From contig OZ076409.1 in NCBI GenBank assembly GCA_964187785.1, forward strand, positions 57,476,001 to 57,540,000: 64,000 bases of DNA, given 5' to 3'. Position numbers and translations under genes: made by a program. How positions within the stretch are numbered: the first letter of the stretch is position 1; every line of letters begins with the position of its first letter. Shown here piece by piece: positions 12,066-24,630 of this stretch. The notes beneath the pieces are model-generated. The model worked only from the letters and a program-made list of their open reading frames with translations. It had not been told where the DNA came from and did no database searches. Origin of the DNA: Amphiscolops sp. MND2022 (lineage: Eukaryota).

Positions 12066-12789
12066 AATGGACCCCTGTTGTCTCAAAAAAGTTGAAATAA
12101 TTTAGTTTCAGACTCCAAATTTTTCCTGCTTTCCCTCTATAGTTTCTGGCATACTTGCATAACTTCCCTTCCACCTAATTCATATGCTGGTTCTTGGCAG
12201 GGTTTGAATCGATTGTCGGTACCAGGTGATTGTGTTCATCTGAGTGTACGTGTGTTCGGTTCCCGCATCAAACTAAGTTTATTTATGGTTCCAAAAAAAC
12301 CTTCCTTTCGGTTTTGTTTCGCAACGATGCGACTTTTTGATACTTTTAAACTGAAGGCACCCTGCTTAGATTTTCAACAGAAACAAAGAGTTTTGCAATT
12401 AGAGAGCGTATAGTCCAACTTAGGGTTTCGTCACTGTGCCCCTTACTAACAAAATGTTTTAAAAACAAACCTGAATTTTGAGAAAATTTTTTCACCCATT
12501 TTTTCAGTTTTCTTGAAGGTTTTTGTGAAAAAGTTCGTTTTCCGACTTCTAAGGGTGTCCTCGTTGATTAAAGGTGACAACTGTGGAACTGTTAATAAAC
12601 GTTTTTTGACTCTGTGCGACTCTTTCAGAAAATTGCTTTGGAACAGAATTTTTTAGGAACAGAAAATTTTAGTAATATTTTCAGTTTTCCAGACAAAATA
12701 TTTTGTTACTCAGACATCACGCTGCCATTATTTCTACATCTTTCAAGTTTGACTTTGCTAGCATTGAGTTGTCAGTTATTGCGCAAATC

Positions 12790-15700
12790 TGTCCTGGTGG
12801 TTGGTGATTCCCCCTGAGCGTCTCCGTCGAGATACGTCGGTATTTTCGGCTTCATAGGTGCTGAAATGGACAATTCTGACCAATCTGATAAAAAACAGAT
12901 TTTCCGTCGTTTATTATATTTGTAAAGTCCGTTCTCGTTTTTTTGCGTTGATGTTATTCGAACGGCGTTTTCTTCAATCCGGTGTGTTTTGTGAATCGCA
13001 TTACTCTTATTGCTCGGTTTACGCTTTCGGTTAAACTATTACCGCCTTCCATGTTTGCCATTAAAAAGTTTTCTATTGTTTGCGTTGCTTCTTCAAGTGT
13101 TACGTTTCGGTATGCATTCGGGGTGGGTAGTGTTGAAATTCTATATTTTGGGATTGACACAATTGATTATACTCGGACGAAATAAATGCCCCTTCTATCG
13201 GATTGTACTTTCTTTGAGATTCCGTATGAAATAGGATGGCTTGTTAGAAAAATTATAACTTCTTTCGCCTCGACTGTTTTGAAAGTTTTTGCCGTCGGCC
13301 ATTTACTGAACCGGTCTATGGCGATTAGTATTTGAGGTTCTCCGTATATATTCTTGTTATGTAATTTTCCGGTGAAATCCATTTGTAAATCTTGTCGGGA
13401 TCGCTTAGTTTTTCTTGTTTCCTGTACAGATTGATTTTTTGGAGTTTGGTATTCAAGATTCTTACCTATGACAAGACAGGCGGTGCAAGGCGAAGTGTAA
13501 GATGTCGATTTGTGTTCTTCTGAGGTGGATTGAGAAAGCTATTTGGTCGTCTACGAAGACTAAAACCCCGTCGACTAGCTTTTCTCTCTTCCCTACGCAT
13601 GCTTGCTCGGACTCGTGTCATTGCTGGTTGATTGCGTTTTCAAGATGAGGGTCTTTAGGTCCAACATTCTAAGTCAACATTCTTTGAATTCAACCTTCTT
13701 TATGTTGTCTTCTGTCAACGTTTTGTTCTCCGACTGTTTGCGCACTCTTTGGTCTATCTGTAGGTAGTGAGCCTATTTTCCTTCGGTGTGATATTTGCTG
13801 ATGTCGACGATCTGTAGGTTGTCACTCGCATAACGCCACTGTCCTTTTTGGTATCAACCGTATTTTGATCGTCCTGCAATTCTCAGTCTTCAGGAGTTTC
13901 CGGTTTTTTTTCTTCGTCCAGTTGTATTGGTTTTAACTACCGCCCAACCGTTTTGCTCTCTAGGTTAGTTCCTGCGTCTATTGCCGCAATTTCTTCCCGG
14001 CTTCTTTTATTTAGCCTTGACAGTGCGAAAATTGTTCATTGTGATTGCTGGTCGTATCTCCTCCGCCCTCTTCCGGTTCTAGCTAGCGTTTCTTTTCTCT
14101 CGACTAATCTTCTTGTTTCCGGGCTTTTGTTTCTTCTTCTTCAATTTATCTCCACAAATTCACAGGTGGCTCCCCAGTGGTATAAATTTTCTCGATTTAT
14201 TTCCGATTTGGTAGCAAAAGCTTCTTTCAAATTTCAACTGTTCTTTGCGGTGCTAATATCGGACTGACTGGATATAGTTTTTTTCGTTTGCGTTGAGTTT
14301 GTTTACGTGGTTTTTGTTCTGTAGTATTCTTTTTGTCTTTCATTGGTTTGCTCAACTCATTTCAGTTCCGGTTTTGTTTCTTTTCGGTTTCTTCATTTCG
14401 ATAGGCTGTCGAATAACAAACCATACATTGCGTTCAATTCTACGTGTTCGGTTAAGATAATCAGTACGTCTTCTTCGTCGTATTTGTCTTGTATCGGGGC
14501 TCCCTCTACCGGATTTCTGCTAAGATAATCGGTGGATTTTAGATTACTGTCGGCGATATGTTGAACTGCAATATCAAAGTGCGCTAACCGGTCTAGCCGC
14601 CAAGTTAATCTTGCGCTAAATTGAGGGTTACTACGGTTTCTTTTAGTGGTTCAAATATTTGATGATCCGTGTATAGGTGTATTTTCTTCCTTTTTATGTA
14701 AAATTGAAAACATCCAATCCCCAGACTATTGCCAGTAATTCGAGTTCACCAATGGAGTAATTGTTTTGGTATCGTTCAAATACCTACTACCGAATGCAAT
14801 CCGTTCAAAAGCTCCATAGTCGTGTTTCTGCCATAGTAAAATTCCAAGGCCGGTCTTGCTTGCGTCCCTTGTAACCTGTTTTTCTTACCGTTTGGGTAAT
14901 GAGTTAAGCATGGGTTTTCAGTTAACATCCGTTTTAATTGCATGAAGTCTTCTTCCTGCTCATTTTTCTATTTCCATTGATCGTTTTTCATCAAAAGTTT
15001 CTTGCGCCTGTCCGAATTCTCCACAAGTTTCGGTAGAATGTTCGCAAATATTGTATTCTCCCGAGGAATAATTTAAATTCCTTTGCGTTGTTGGGTGATT
15101 TCAGTTTCAATATTGCTTCCACTTTTTGTTCGTTCGGTTTTCTTATGTTTTCATCTATCTCAAGTCTAACCACTTCGTTCGTAGCATAAAGAATTCTGAC
15201 TTTCTTTTGCTCGCTCGAAACCCGATTTTTTAGTCGGCGCTTTTCGAAGAAAAACGCAGACTATAGTATTGACTTTTTTTAAGACCAACGAACTGACAGA
15301 TTTTATAATATTTATAAGTTGACCGACTAACACTAAACTGCCACTACTGCCACACTACTTCACTGCCACACTACTTCACTGCCACTTGGCATAGAGGTTA
15401 CGGCTTTTTTAAGGTCTGCCAAGCAGAAGGACATGGGTTCGAGTCCCGCCCTTGATCAAAATTTTTTGTACAAATTTTTTTCGGCTTTGTGAGACTTTTT
15501 TTCGCAATTATCTCCTAAGGGTCCACCCGTCATTAATTTGTCTATTTTGCAAAAAATGGATGTTCAAAGACTCCCAGAGTGCCCCCTTTTACATGTTTCG
15601 GCACTATGCGACTTACCGGAAACCAAAAAAATTCGAAAAAAAATTAAAAGAGTTCGGAATTTTTTCCAATTTTTCCTCAAGCGGGTACTCTAGAAGAGAA

Positions 15701-16440
15701 TACTTGACACTTTGAAGTGCTTTTGCTATTTTTGAGCCTTAGATATGGCGCCGACTTGGGCCGGTCTCGGCTTGTTCTAGTTTGTTTTGGACGACAAAAC
15801 GTTTCTTCTCATGTTCTTGTTTATTTCCGCGTATTACTACTATTATATCGACCAGTCATGCCGGTGTAGAGTTTTCTAACGTTCGGTCGATTTTTTTCCT
15901 AAATTATTGTGAGTATGTCGGACAAACCGTAAACTGCTTTTTGAATTCATAATATCCGCTAAACATGCCCCGGAGATTGCGGGTACTTATTGGCGACTGT
16001 TTTCTTTCGATAATTTCATTTTTCTATATTCGTAATCTAAGTCAATCTTCGAAGTGAATAAATGAGTTGTCCGATGACTATTTTCTCCCGATATTTGGTT
16101 TTATAATTCTTCCATGTTCAGCATGTTTTGTGTCCTCTATCTCTTCGTCGGTAAGTTTTCTAACTTTTCGGTTGATGTTTGATCTCATCTGACACGCGCT
16201 TGCGTAGTGTCCCTTCTTCTCGCAGTTGTTACAATTGGATTCCAGTGCGGGGTATTTGTGTATCGGGCTTCAGTTTGGTGCATTGCAAAATCTACTCGGC
16301 CGGGTTGAGGTAAATTTTCTTTTCGGTCTGGTACCAAATTTTTCCTTTCTTTGTTTTGGTTCTTCTTTGATGATTGGTTTTCTTCCTGTAATCAGGGCTT
16401 CTGGTATCCTGTTTTTTTTGTTCTTCTTTTCATTTATCAT
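12790..16440 (-). mobile_element. Decayed Ty3/Gypsy gag-pol (zinc knuckle, RT, RNase H, integrase)
   Basis: On the minus strand: CNNCEKKGHYASAC knuckle (~16195-16235); RT with PA*LVDII in place of the YxDD motif (~15840-15870) and EQKVEAILKLKSP...FLG; RNase H DASKTGLG...ELELLAIVWG...YTDHQ (~14500-14870); integrase MDFTGK...IAIDRFSKWP...SDR...TGLKKTPFE (~12950-13400). Order is RT-RH-IN; many stops, frameshifts and deletions. Confidence 0.9.
15226..15776 (+). mobile_element. Helentron-like family A copy inserted into the Gypsy RT, with tRNA-Gly(GCC)-like cassette (~15381-15453)
   Basis: Full family A termini; removing it rejoins RT-like LEKSG/FRASKRKSEF at a T-run with no TSD. Confidence 0.8.
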
Positions 16441-16659
16441 TTTTTTTCATTGAATCTGTGGAACTGTTAAGAAACCTTTTTTGACGCTATGCGACTCTTT
16501 CAGAAATTTGTTTTGGAACAGAATTGTTTAGGAACAGAATATTTTAGTAAGATTTTCAGTTTTTCAGACAAAATACTTTGTTTCTCAGACATCACCCTGC
16601 CATTTCTACATCTTTTAAGTTTGACGTTGCTAGCATTGAGTTGTCAGTTATTGCGCAAT

Positions 16660-17570
16660 AATGTCCTTTGATTGTTTGATTGATATTATTGTTTCTTCAG
16701 TTATGTCTGGCTTCTCATTGAAATTCTCATGTTATTGTACACCCTCTTCTAAAAGTTTTATATCAATTGTTCTTGTTCGTAAACATAACTAGTATGTCTA
16801 CGACTAAACTTAGTAGAGGTTAACTGTTGACTCCGGTGATTGACGGATGAAGCGTAGAACATGTCCACTTCTCTCTCGGGCTTCTTTAATACTGCGATGA
16901 GGGACCGGGTGGCGTCATGTCGCGCGGCAGAAAGTCTTGCGGCTTTTGTACCATTTCCGACAATGGCTGAGGAGTGCATTTTGTACGGCTCCAGACTTGT
17001 CCTGTAACAAAAACAAGTTGGTCACATCCAAAAGTTTCCCCGATATGGGATGCTACCGTACCAATTCAGTTTATTAACATTCCGGTTGGACCGCCTAATA
17101 TTCAATTTGAAATTTTCACCCTGAAGTAATTCTCCGTCAGTTTGGATCTGTATTGAGTCATTTTCGGGATCGGTCCGGATTGGTTCATATCTTCCGCCTC
17201 TCCCCGATGTGTCAATAACTCTTCCGGCTTCTTCCAGTCTTTCTTCTTTTTAAATCATCATCATCGTCGTCCTCTTCCGATTCAGTCTCGGCTCGCTTCT
17301 TGTTTTGTACAGCTTGTACAGCATCCCGTTCAGGATGTCTCTTAAGATTTCATCCCATTTCCCGTATTTGCCGTCTATTCCAGCGTAATCTGTTTTTACG
17401 GTATTCTCAGTTCTTCTCATTGCGGTTTGTTTTTTTTGATTGAAACCTTCCTCGTAAGGATTTTCGGTTGTGTCTTTTTCAACAACAAAGTTGAATGGAT
17501 ATCTAACCGATGTTTTCTTCTTCGGTGAGTTTAGGCTTTCTAGTTCTTCTGTTGTTAATACCAAGTCTGA
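16660..17570 (-). mobile_element. Further decayed retroelement coding fragment, probably the post-integrase tail of the Gypsy
   Basis: Coding-like minus-strand segments (SPKKKTSVRYPFNFVVEK..., DGKYGKWDEILRDILNG) with the same A-rich bias as the adjacent Gypsy. Confidence 0.5.
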
Positions 17571-18509
17571 AAAAGTGCGAATGAGTTTCACCACCTGATT
17601 CTCACAGTTTGGAAATAGGAGGAAAACAATTTCAAGAGAACTTTTGGTGGAGTGGCCTTTTCTCGATGATTTTCGGGCAGGTTCTGCAGTGAAGTTTGAA
17701 AAAAAAATAAACTTCTAATTTTTCCGTCGTTCAATTTTGTTTTCCGTCGTTCAATTTCGTTTTCCCGACAAAAAAGCTGCAATAGTATTATGAAAAATTT
17801 GAGAAAAAAATGACCACGAAGCCCTAACTTTAGTCGACGGTTTTCATAGAAAACGCAGGTTATAGTAGTGACTTTTTCAAAACTAGCGAACTGACACATT
17901 TCTCTAAATTTTATAACTTGCTAACTTGCTCCCACTTTTTGCTCTAATTTTTAACGCGGATTTTTGGGCCTGGTCACGGGGGCTGAAAAACAGTAGTACG
18001 TCGGTTACAGTCCCGCGCTAATCCAAGTTTTCTATGCTTTGAAAGATAGAGGAAAGACCATAGGATCCCTTTGGGGTTTTACCGACAATGTGCACCATTT
18101 TTCCTGAAGTGTTTTCACCAAAGCCGCCGTTCGATTTTTGGCAGAAACAAAGCGTTTCCCTAGCATACCGGCCCCTTTAGGTTTTTCTTTTAATTAAAAA
18201 TTAAGGTTTTTGAACAAAATAATTTTGGTGTTTTGAAGTTTTTTGTTAATGAAAACAGTTTTTCGAGTCCTTAGGGTGGCCTATTTGGTTATTTTTTGGC
18301 TGTGGGTTAGCGCGAACTTTCTCTATTATTGTGGAAAAGATCTACAGATTCCATCATCATTTAAAAAAAAATGGTTCGGAAAAAACGTTCAACAAATAAA
18401 AAGGACATTTTTTAGTTTTTCGGCACTCTGAGTCTTTCCAAAAAATTTTCAAAAATTGATTTTTGATGTATCGAGTTTGGAAAAACAGTCTTTAAATCCT
18501 ATGGGTATC

Positions 18510-18592
18510 GCCAGGTTGATGCATTGACTTGCAAGATCTTGCAAAAATGTCTGCCAGTTTCTTGCAAGATATGCATTTTCTTTCAACCAGGG
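18510..18592. mobile_element. Tiny degenerate CCAGGTTGA...TCAACCAGGG MITE with CTTGCAAG repeats
   Basis: Inverted ends resemble the CCC...GGG family; similar CTTG(C/G)AAG arrays at ~3530-3745 and ~4530-4710. Confidence 0.5.
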
Positions 18593-21500
18593 TATTAAAA
18601 ATCGAAATTTCATGGCAGTAAAAACAATTCCTATGGGTCACCTTGATAGTTTTCGTGTCAAAAGTAGCACTGGACTCTATACCATTACGAGAGGGTCAAT
18701 CGATATACATTATCAGTGCGAGACAAGTCATCCGCTGTTTATGATTCAGTGAGAGTTCGGACATCTTATAAACTTCAAGGTTTACGGGAAAGGCCGGATA
18801 TCTGCAAAAGATTTCACGCCGTCAAACTGGAGTCATGTGAACTACTATTTAGTGATTACATTGCTTGTTTTAAAGATTAACAGAGTCCAAGTTTCCATTC
18901 ATTAAGTTCTAGGCCAAAATAAGTGAAAAAGATGTTACCCAAATATGAGAAATATTCGGTCGACAGATCACAAATGGTTTTCGTGTGACTAATCATCAGA
19001 AGAATCGGCGTGAAAAATATCGTCATCTTTTGGCCAATTAATCAAAGTTGCAACACAAAAGAAGCTAAATCGGTTTTGAAATTCAAGCCCAGTTCGTTGA
19101 TAGGATTTTTCCCTGCACTTGCCACGTTTTGTGCAAATGCTAAAAAATAATGATAAAGTAAGAGTTAATTCAGCGAATTTATGTGATCTAAATGGAAATT
19201 AGAGGAAGAATTGTTAATTGAATTATCAAACAATTTAAAATGAATTTATTAGAGTATAGCTTACTTATTAAACGTCTGTGAGGAGAGGGAAGTTCGAGGA
19301 AAAAGATCTCGTTGGTTAATAGGGAGCTCTTTTCCGGAGTGGCTGATTGTTCTTAAAATTGTAATTGTTTGGATGTCAAGGACATATTTCTAGGTCGCAA
19401 GTTGACACTAGCAGACTCAATCATTTATAAAAAGCGCCTGGGTGCTTTGTTTTTTTTTTTGAAATTAATAAACCCTTTCCTACACCCCCATTTGATAACA
19501 GAGAGTTGATCAAACATTGATTATTATTCTATTTGAAACTTCATTTTGATCTTTACCTCCTTCAAACAATTCTTTCGATGTCTCAACATGGAGATTTAAC
19601 TTCTCCCAACAGTTTCGGCAATTTTTTAAAAATCAGATTAATCGCTTTCCGAAGCAGTTTGGGCGGAAAATTTGATCACAGGAAGAAAACATGAATCGCC
19701 TTGCTTTACCTTAGCTCGTTATCAGTCGGATGTTAAGCGGAAATTTGTTTAATTGGGGCTTTTTGTTAAAAATATCCCCGTCTTTTCAGTGGCAATTTTT
19801 TGTAACCATTTTTACCATCTTCTAGCCTAAGAACTAGAGTACACAAGAACAATAGAGTACACACACATCTCTTTTACACAACTTACAGAACAGAACAAGT
19901 ACAAAAATCCCCGTTTGGTCTTTTTCCGCACTGTACGACTTCTTTCGAAAACACTTTTGGTCCCCCCGTTTTGGTTTTCTCTCGTTTTAACTTCGGAAAG
20001 TACGTTTTCTGATGTTTAAAATCTTTTTCTCAAATTTCTCGTATTATTTAGTGCCGGTCAAAGGACCCCAATCGAGATAGCTTCTTGAACTCTTTAACTG
20101 CTGCATGGAAACATTTTAGAAAACATGGAAAATCCACAAGCAGGTATGGGAAAATTTTGTAGGATTACAATGCAGCTTTTCTACAATTTCAATTGAAAGT
20201 CAAAACACTTCCATTTCTTCACCGTCGCAATCACTTTGTTTCACGCTTAGGTTTCTCAATTAAGTAACTTATGTAATCACCCTTAGTCAATAAGCACGCT
20301 GAATATGACGCTACTTCGAAATTTATAATGTTAATGAACTTTGCATTGAAATCGCGGCAAAATTGGTGAAGTCTCAGCTTCTTTCAAAATCGGAACAGCT
20401 TCTCAAAGGCTGCAAAACTTCACGGCTCGGAATTCCGCCAAATTTAGGATGCATCTTAAAAGCAGTTTGATAAAACTAAATCGAATCAGTGAAAATTTAA
20501 TGCATGGAAGTTTCCTTGGGAATTTTGTAAAATCATGAAAACTTAGCTTGCTGACATTCAAGCAGTTTCAGCTGGAGTATCTTTAGTATACATTTTCTCT
20601 GTAACCCTAGGGCTCAATTAAAATTCAATGCTAAAATTTTCATACTATCGATTAAAGGAAAGGAGTACATAATATATGCCTTCTCTAAGAGTAAGTTGGA
20701 TTGGTTTGGAGAATTTACTTGAAGCTGAGAAATGTTCCAAGCCATATTTTGTTTCGTTAAAAGGAGTTCCGAAACTTGGAAATTGGCAATGGTGGTGTAT
20801 TAAGAGTAAACAAGTCGGCGCACCGCTCAAGGTTCAAAAAGAGCAAAGTGTTTGAAATATCCAGGGATCAACTATTGAAACTTTTCGATTATCAAAGTGC
20901 CAAAAAATACCCGAAAAGGTACCCTTGAGACTCAAAAATATATTTTTTCTGAACTGATAACGGCAGAAAAACCTATAGATTGGATTTGCCGCCAAATTTA
21001 AGATGCATCTTATAGGCAGCTTTGTAAAATTTATTTGAATCAATGAAATTTTATTGCATAGGAAGTTTCCTTGGGCGTTTTATAAAATCATAAAAAGTTA
21101 GCTTGGTAACCTAGAAAAACGTGTAAAAATTTCAAGCAGTTTCAACCAGAGGAGCCATTGTTCCAGAAAAATTGTATTAATTTCCAATCTAATTGCGCGA
21201 CTGAGTTCAAAAACAGTTCTCTGACCGTTCCCGGCTTGTTTATTGTTCTCTTAAGGAAGTTAAAATAACATTTTTGGAAACTTTTTCTCATCAATTAGCG
21301 TAGTGCTATGTTGCCAGTTAGAGAAAAGTTTTTTCGAGCGCGAAAGACTCTACTTTGGTGTTTTCCCGTACCTTTATCTGTTATATTTTCTATTGAAACG
21401 CCCTCACCACTTTCAAAAAACTTTATGCTGTTTGAGCCTTAGGCAGGGAGCCGACTTTAGACGTCTCGCTTTGTTATTTCCAGTCAACGCTTTATGAAAT

Positions 21501-24500
21501 TAAAAGGTTTTTCCTCGGTTACTGGCGTTTTCTGTCTTGTTCGTTTTCTTGGGAAAATATCTAGTTTTCGGCGCGGTTCTCTTTTCAAGTTATTATCAAC
21601 AATTTCACCTTGAAAGCCGACAAGAAAATGACCATGACGTCCACTTGGCGTAGTCGTTAGGGTGCGTGATTTTGAAGCAAGAGTAGGCGAATCCGAATCC
21701 CCTGCATAAGTAAAATTAATCAAGTTCGAGGAGCTACACCAGACCAATAAAGTAGCCCTAAAAAAGAAAACACATTTTATCCGATGTTTTGACCCTATGT
21801 CCCAATGTTTTTACTCCTTATCAGGAAACAGGATAGAAATTGAACATAATATATGGATAATAATATATAATATGTAACGTGATATAATGTTTTTTTAGCT
21901 GCGCCCCAGCTTGTAGCTGAGTGGTCTACCAGATTTATGCGTGCTTCGATGTATTTGCACTGTTTTTAGCTGTCTTTGCCAACCCGAGAGCTAGTTTGTT
22001 GCAATTTTAGATACTATTCTGATATCACCCTGGAACTGGAAATTTACCTAATTCTTGGCATTGTTTTTATGTGCTAGGTAAGCGGTGGTCTTCAGCGAGT
22101 CAGGAAGATGCCCGTTACTGTTAGCAATCAAAGACCTCTTTCATTTTTTTCTTAAAGTAACATACAAAACGGAAAGAGAGTAGATGCTCCCTTTCAGTTT
22201 TGTTCAACGTTGAGACTTTTTTCAAAAATTGTTTAATGTCTTCAAAGGGCCCCCTAAATTTTGAGCATATTTTGAAAATTTTAAGCCTTAGGTATAGCGC
22301 CGACTTGAGACGTTTCCGTCTTCTTTAATGTTTTGCAGTCGGCAATTTCAAGCCGTGAATTTCTGCAGATTTCATTATGCATCAGTCGTCTTCAAAGTTC
22401 AACGTGCTATTTAAAAAGCTGTGATTACATCAGATGATTGGTTGAGAAATTGAAGTGTGAATACAAAAGAATAGTGTCGGTAACGAGGTGTAAAACTTTT
22501 TCAATTTCATTTGGAATAGTGTGAGCTGCAGTGTAGTTCTACAAGTTTTAACGCCGAACCTTGATAAATGTTCTAACTTTTATTTGAAAATACTCTACAA
22601 GCATCACACTTCATGTTACACTTTTTCAGACTTTAAGCGTGTTCTTAACAGTACCCAAGGAGTCCAAAATTACTGCCTATGAGTAATTCAGTTTTATCAT
22701 ATCCTCTAGACTTAATGGAACTGAAGCGTCCCTCTCAGTGTTTGTGTTTTTTGGCACCGTGCGACCTTGTTAAAATTTGATTGTCACGTTTGTCTTTTGA
22801 TGTTTTCAGTCAGCGACAAGCTTTTTACGATCACGAATGGCTCCCGCTGGGTCTTTCATGCATTCGTATATTTTGAGGTTTTTCTTGAGAAGACATATTT
22901 TTCAAAGTTTGCGCTTTTTGAGCCCCAAGCGGGCGCCGATTTGAGACCTTCCCGTCTTTAATTCTTTTTTAATCAGAAAGCATAAAACGAATTTTCCAGG
23001 TCTCGTGGGACGCTCTCGCATCTCTTACGAGAAGCATCCTCTTTGTAAGCTTTTCTCATTTTAGTTTTCACAAAGACTGGAGATCTTGTAAAATCCTGCA
23101 TAAATAATTTTCTTGGCACTGTTCTCTTACAAACTCGGGTATAAATTTCATCCTATATTGTTTCAATACAACTTCATTTATTCGATCTTTCCTGAGTACA
23201 TACTCGATTATTTTTTCTACATTCTTTATAATCAGCTCAAAGATTAGAATTTTCGAAATGATGAACGTTTTCATGATTATCTCAAACTTTTGAGCTATAG
23301 ATTCAAGTGTCTGAAATTTTCTTTCATGACATTTAGGTTGTAGACACTGATAGAAATCAGGCATTGAACTTGAATTGAAATGATGCCATGTTTCGGGTTA
23401 TTGCCTTATTTTCAGTTTTTGAACTTCGACCTGAAAAAGTTGCTTTGACAAAGGTCGCGTGTTGAACTGTAAAAACACGAACAATTTATTGTGGGGTGCA
23501 AAGTTCACTTTCATCAAACATGACCGCGCATCTATATACACAGAAATGCTGTGCCTCGATTTCGACCAGTGGTGTGACTAATAAGGTCAAGATCGGAAGT
23601 CGAAAGGCATCATCATTCGATATGCCACAGAATTGGAAGTAAAGTCCGCCAGTGAAAATTGAAAATTGGACGTTTCTTCATCGTTTTTCAACATTTAAAG
23701 ACAAAATTTAATATGAATCAAACAAAGATTGCAAAAATTCTTTCAAACAGCCTCCTCGACATGAAAACCATGAAGGGATGAATCATATGATAGTTAACTC
23801 AAAGTGATTCTTAGCCAATCTTCTTCAACACTGACAAAAAACTCTTGAAATAAGACTTTTTCAGCGAAAGCTACTGCTCCAACACTAATTTAGCTGACGT
23901 CTAGTTGTATGAAATACCGTTTTCCAACAAACGTTATTTCTCGCGAATGCTGAACAAAACTTTTCAGTGACTTTGCGATAGATTCAATTCCTCAGGAAAC
24001 CTTCATGAACGACTCACAAATGAACAGTTTGCCCGAAGCAGGTCGAAACTTTAATATTCAAAGTTTAATCTCTTTGTATGGCTGAAGAAAATCGTTTCCA
24101 AACATTTCAAATCATCTGCGAATATGAAGAATAAATTTAGTCGACGCTTTTTTAAGAAAAGAGTCGACTATAGTTGTTACGACTACCTAACGGAGTGATA
24201 TTTTGGGTAGTCGTTTTAGTTTTTTATAGGGGTTGATGTAGGTACAATGATTGTATTTTCTGAAGTCGAGTTGTCATTTCTGATAAGAACCAATATGTTT
24301 CAAGAGTTTTGAATTTTTCAAGAAGAATTGCTGTTTTAGTAACGTAACAAACAGTGTAAGAACGATCAATAATAACCATCTGATTTAATTTACCAAACCA
24401 ACACATTTATACTTTCCTATCATCATTTGTTCCTCACCTAAAAAGTCCTAGGTACCATAAAATTGGGTTTCTTCACACAGAAACTCAGTTGATTCATATT

Positions 24501-24504
24501 ATTT

Positions 24505-24630
24505 CAGTCCCGCGTCACAAAATCAGGTATCGAAATTCCTAATCGCGTCACGTCACCCTTCCGTAACATTCGTTGAAATCATTTTTGTTCAGGCAATTTC
24601 ATTTTATGTTTGAACTTCAAAATGGCGGCA
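24505..24630 (+). promoter_or_regulatory. Possible promoter cluster: CGCGTCAC x2, CGTCACGTCAC, YY1-type AAAATGGCGGC (24619-24629)
   Basis: Motifs visible in a locally CpG-richer, non-repeat stretch; no transcript evidence. Confidence 0.3.

Larger units (their letters stand above)
12581..16657. repeat. ~200-bp direct repeat pair (12581-12786 and 16457-16657) bracketing the Gypsy gag-pol fragment
   Basis: Both copies run CTGTGGAACTGTTAA...GTTATTGCGCAA with scattered differences. Confidence 0.8.

Noticed and set aside
12581..16657. 200-bp direct repeats as the Gypsy LTRs
   Set aside because: No PBS or PPT, they abut truncated coding sequence, and the flanks (ACAAC/ATAAT) are not a clean TSD
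23068..24120. Coding-looking minus-strand stretch including a 98-aa ORF
   Set aside because: No motif, stops in adjacent frames, no convincing splice model
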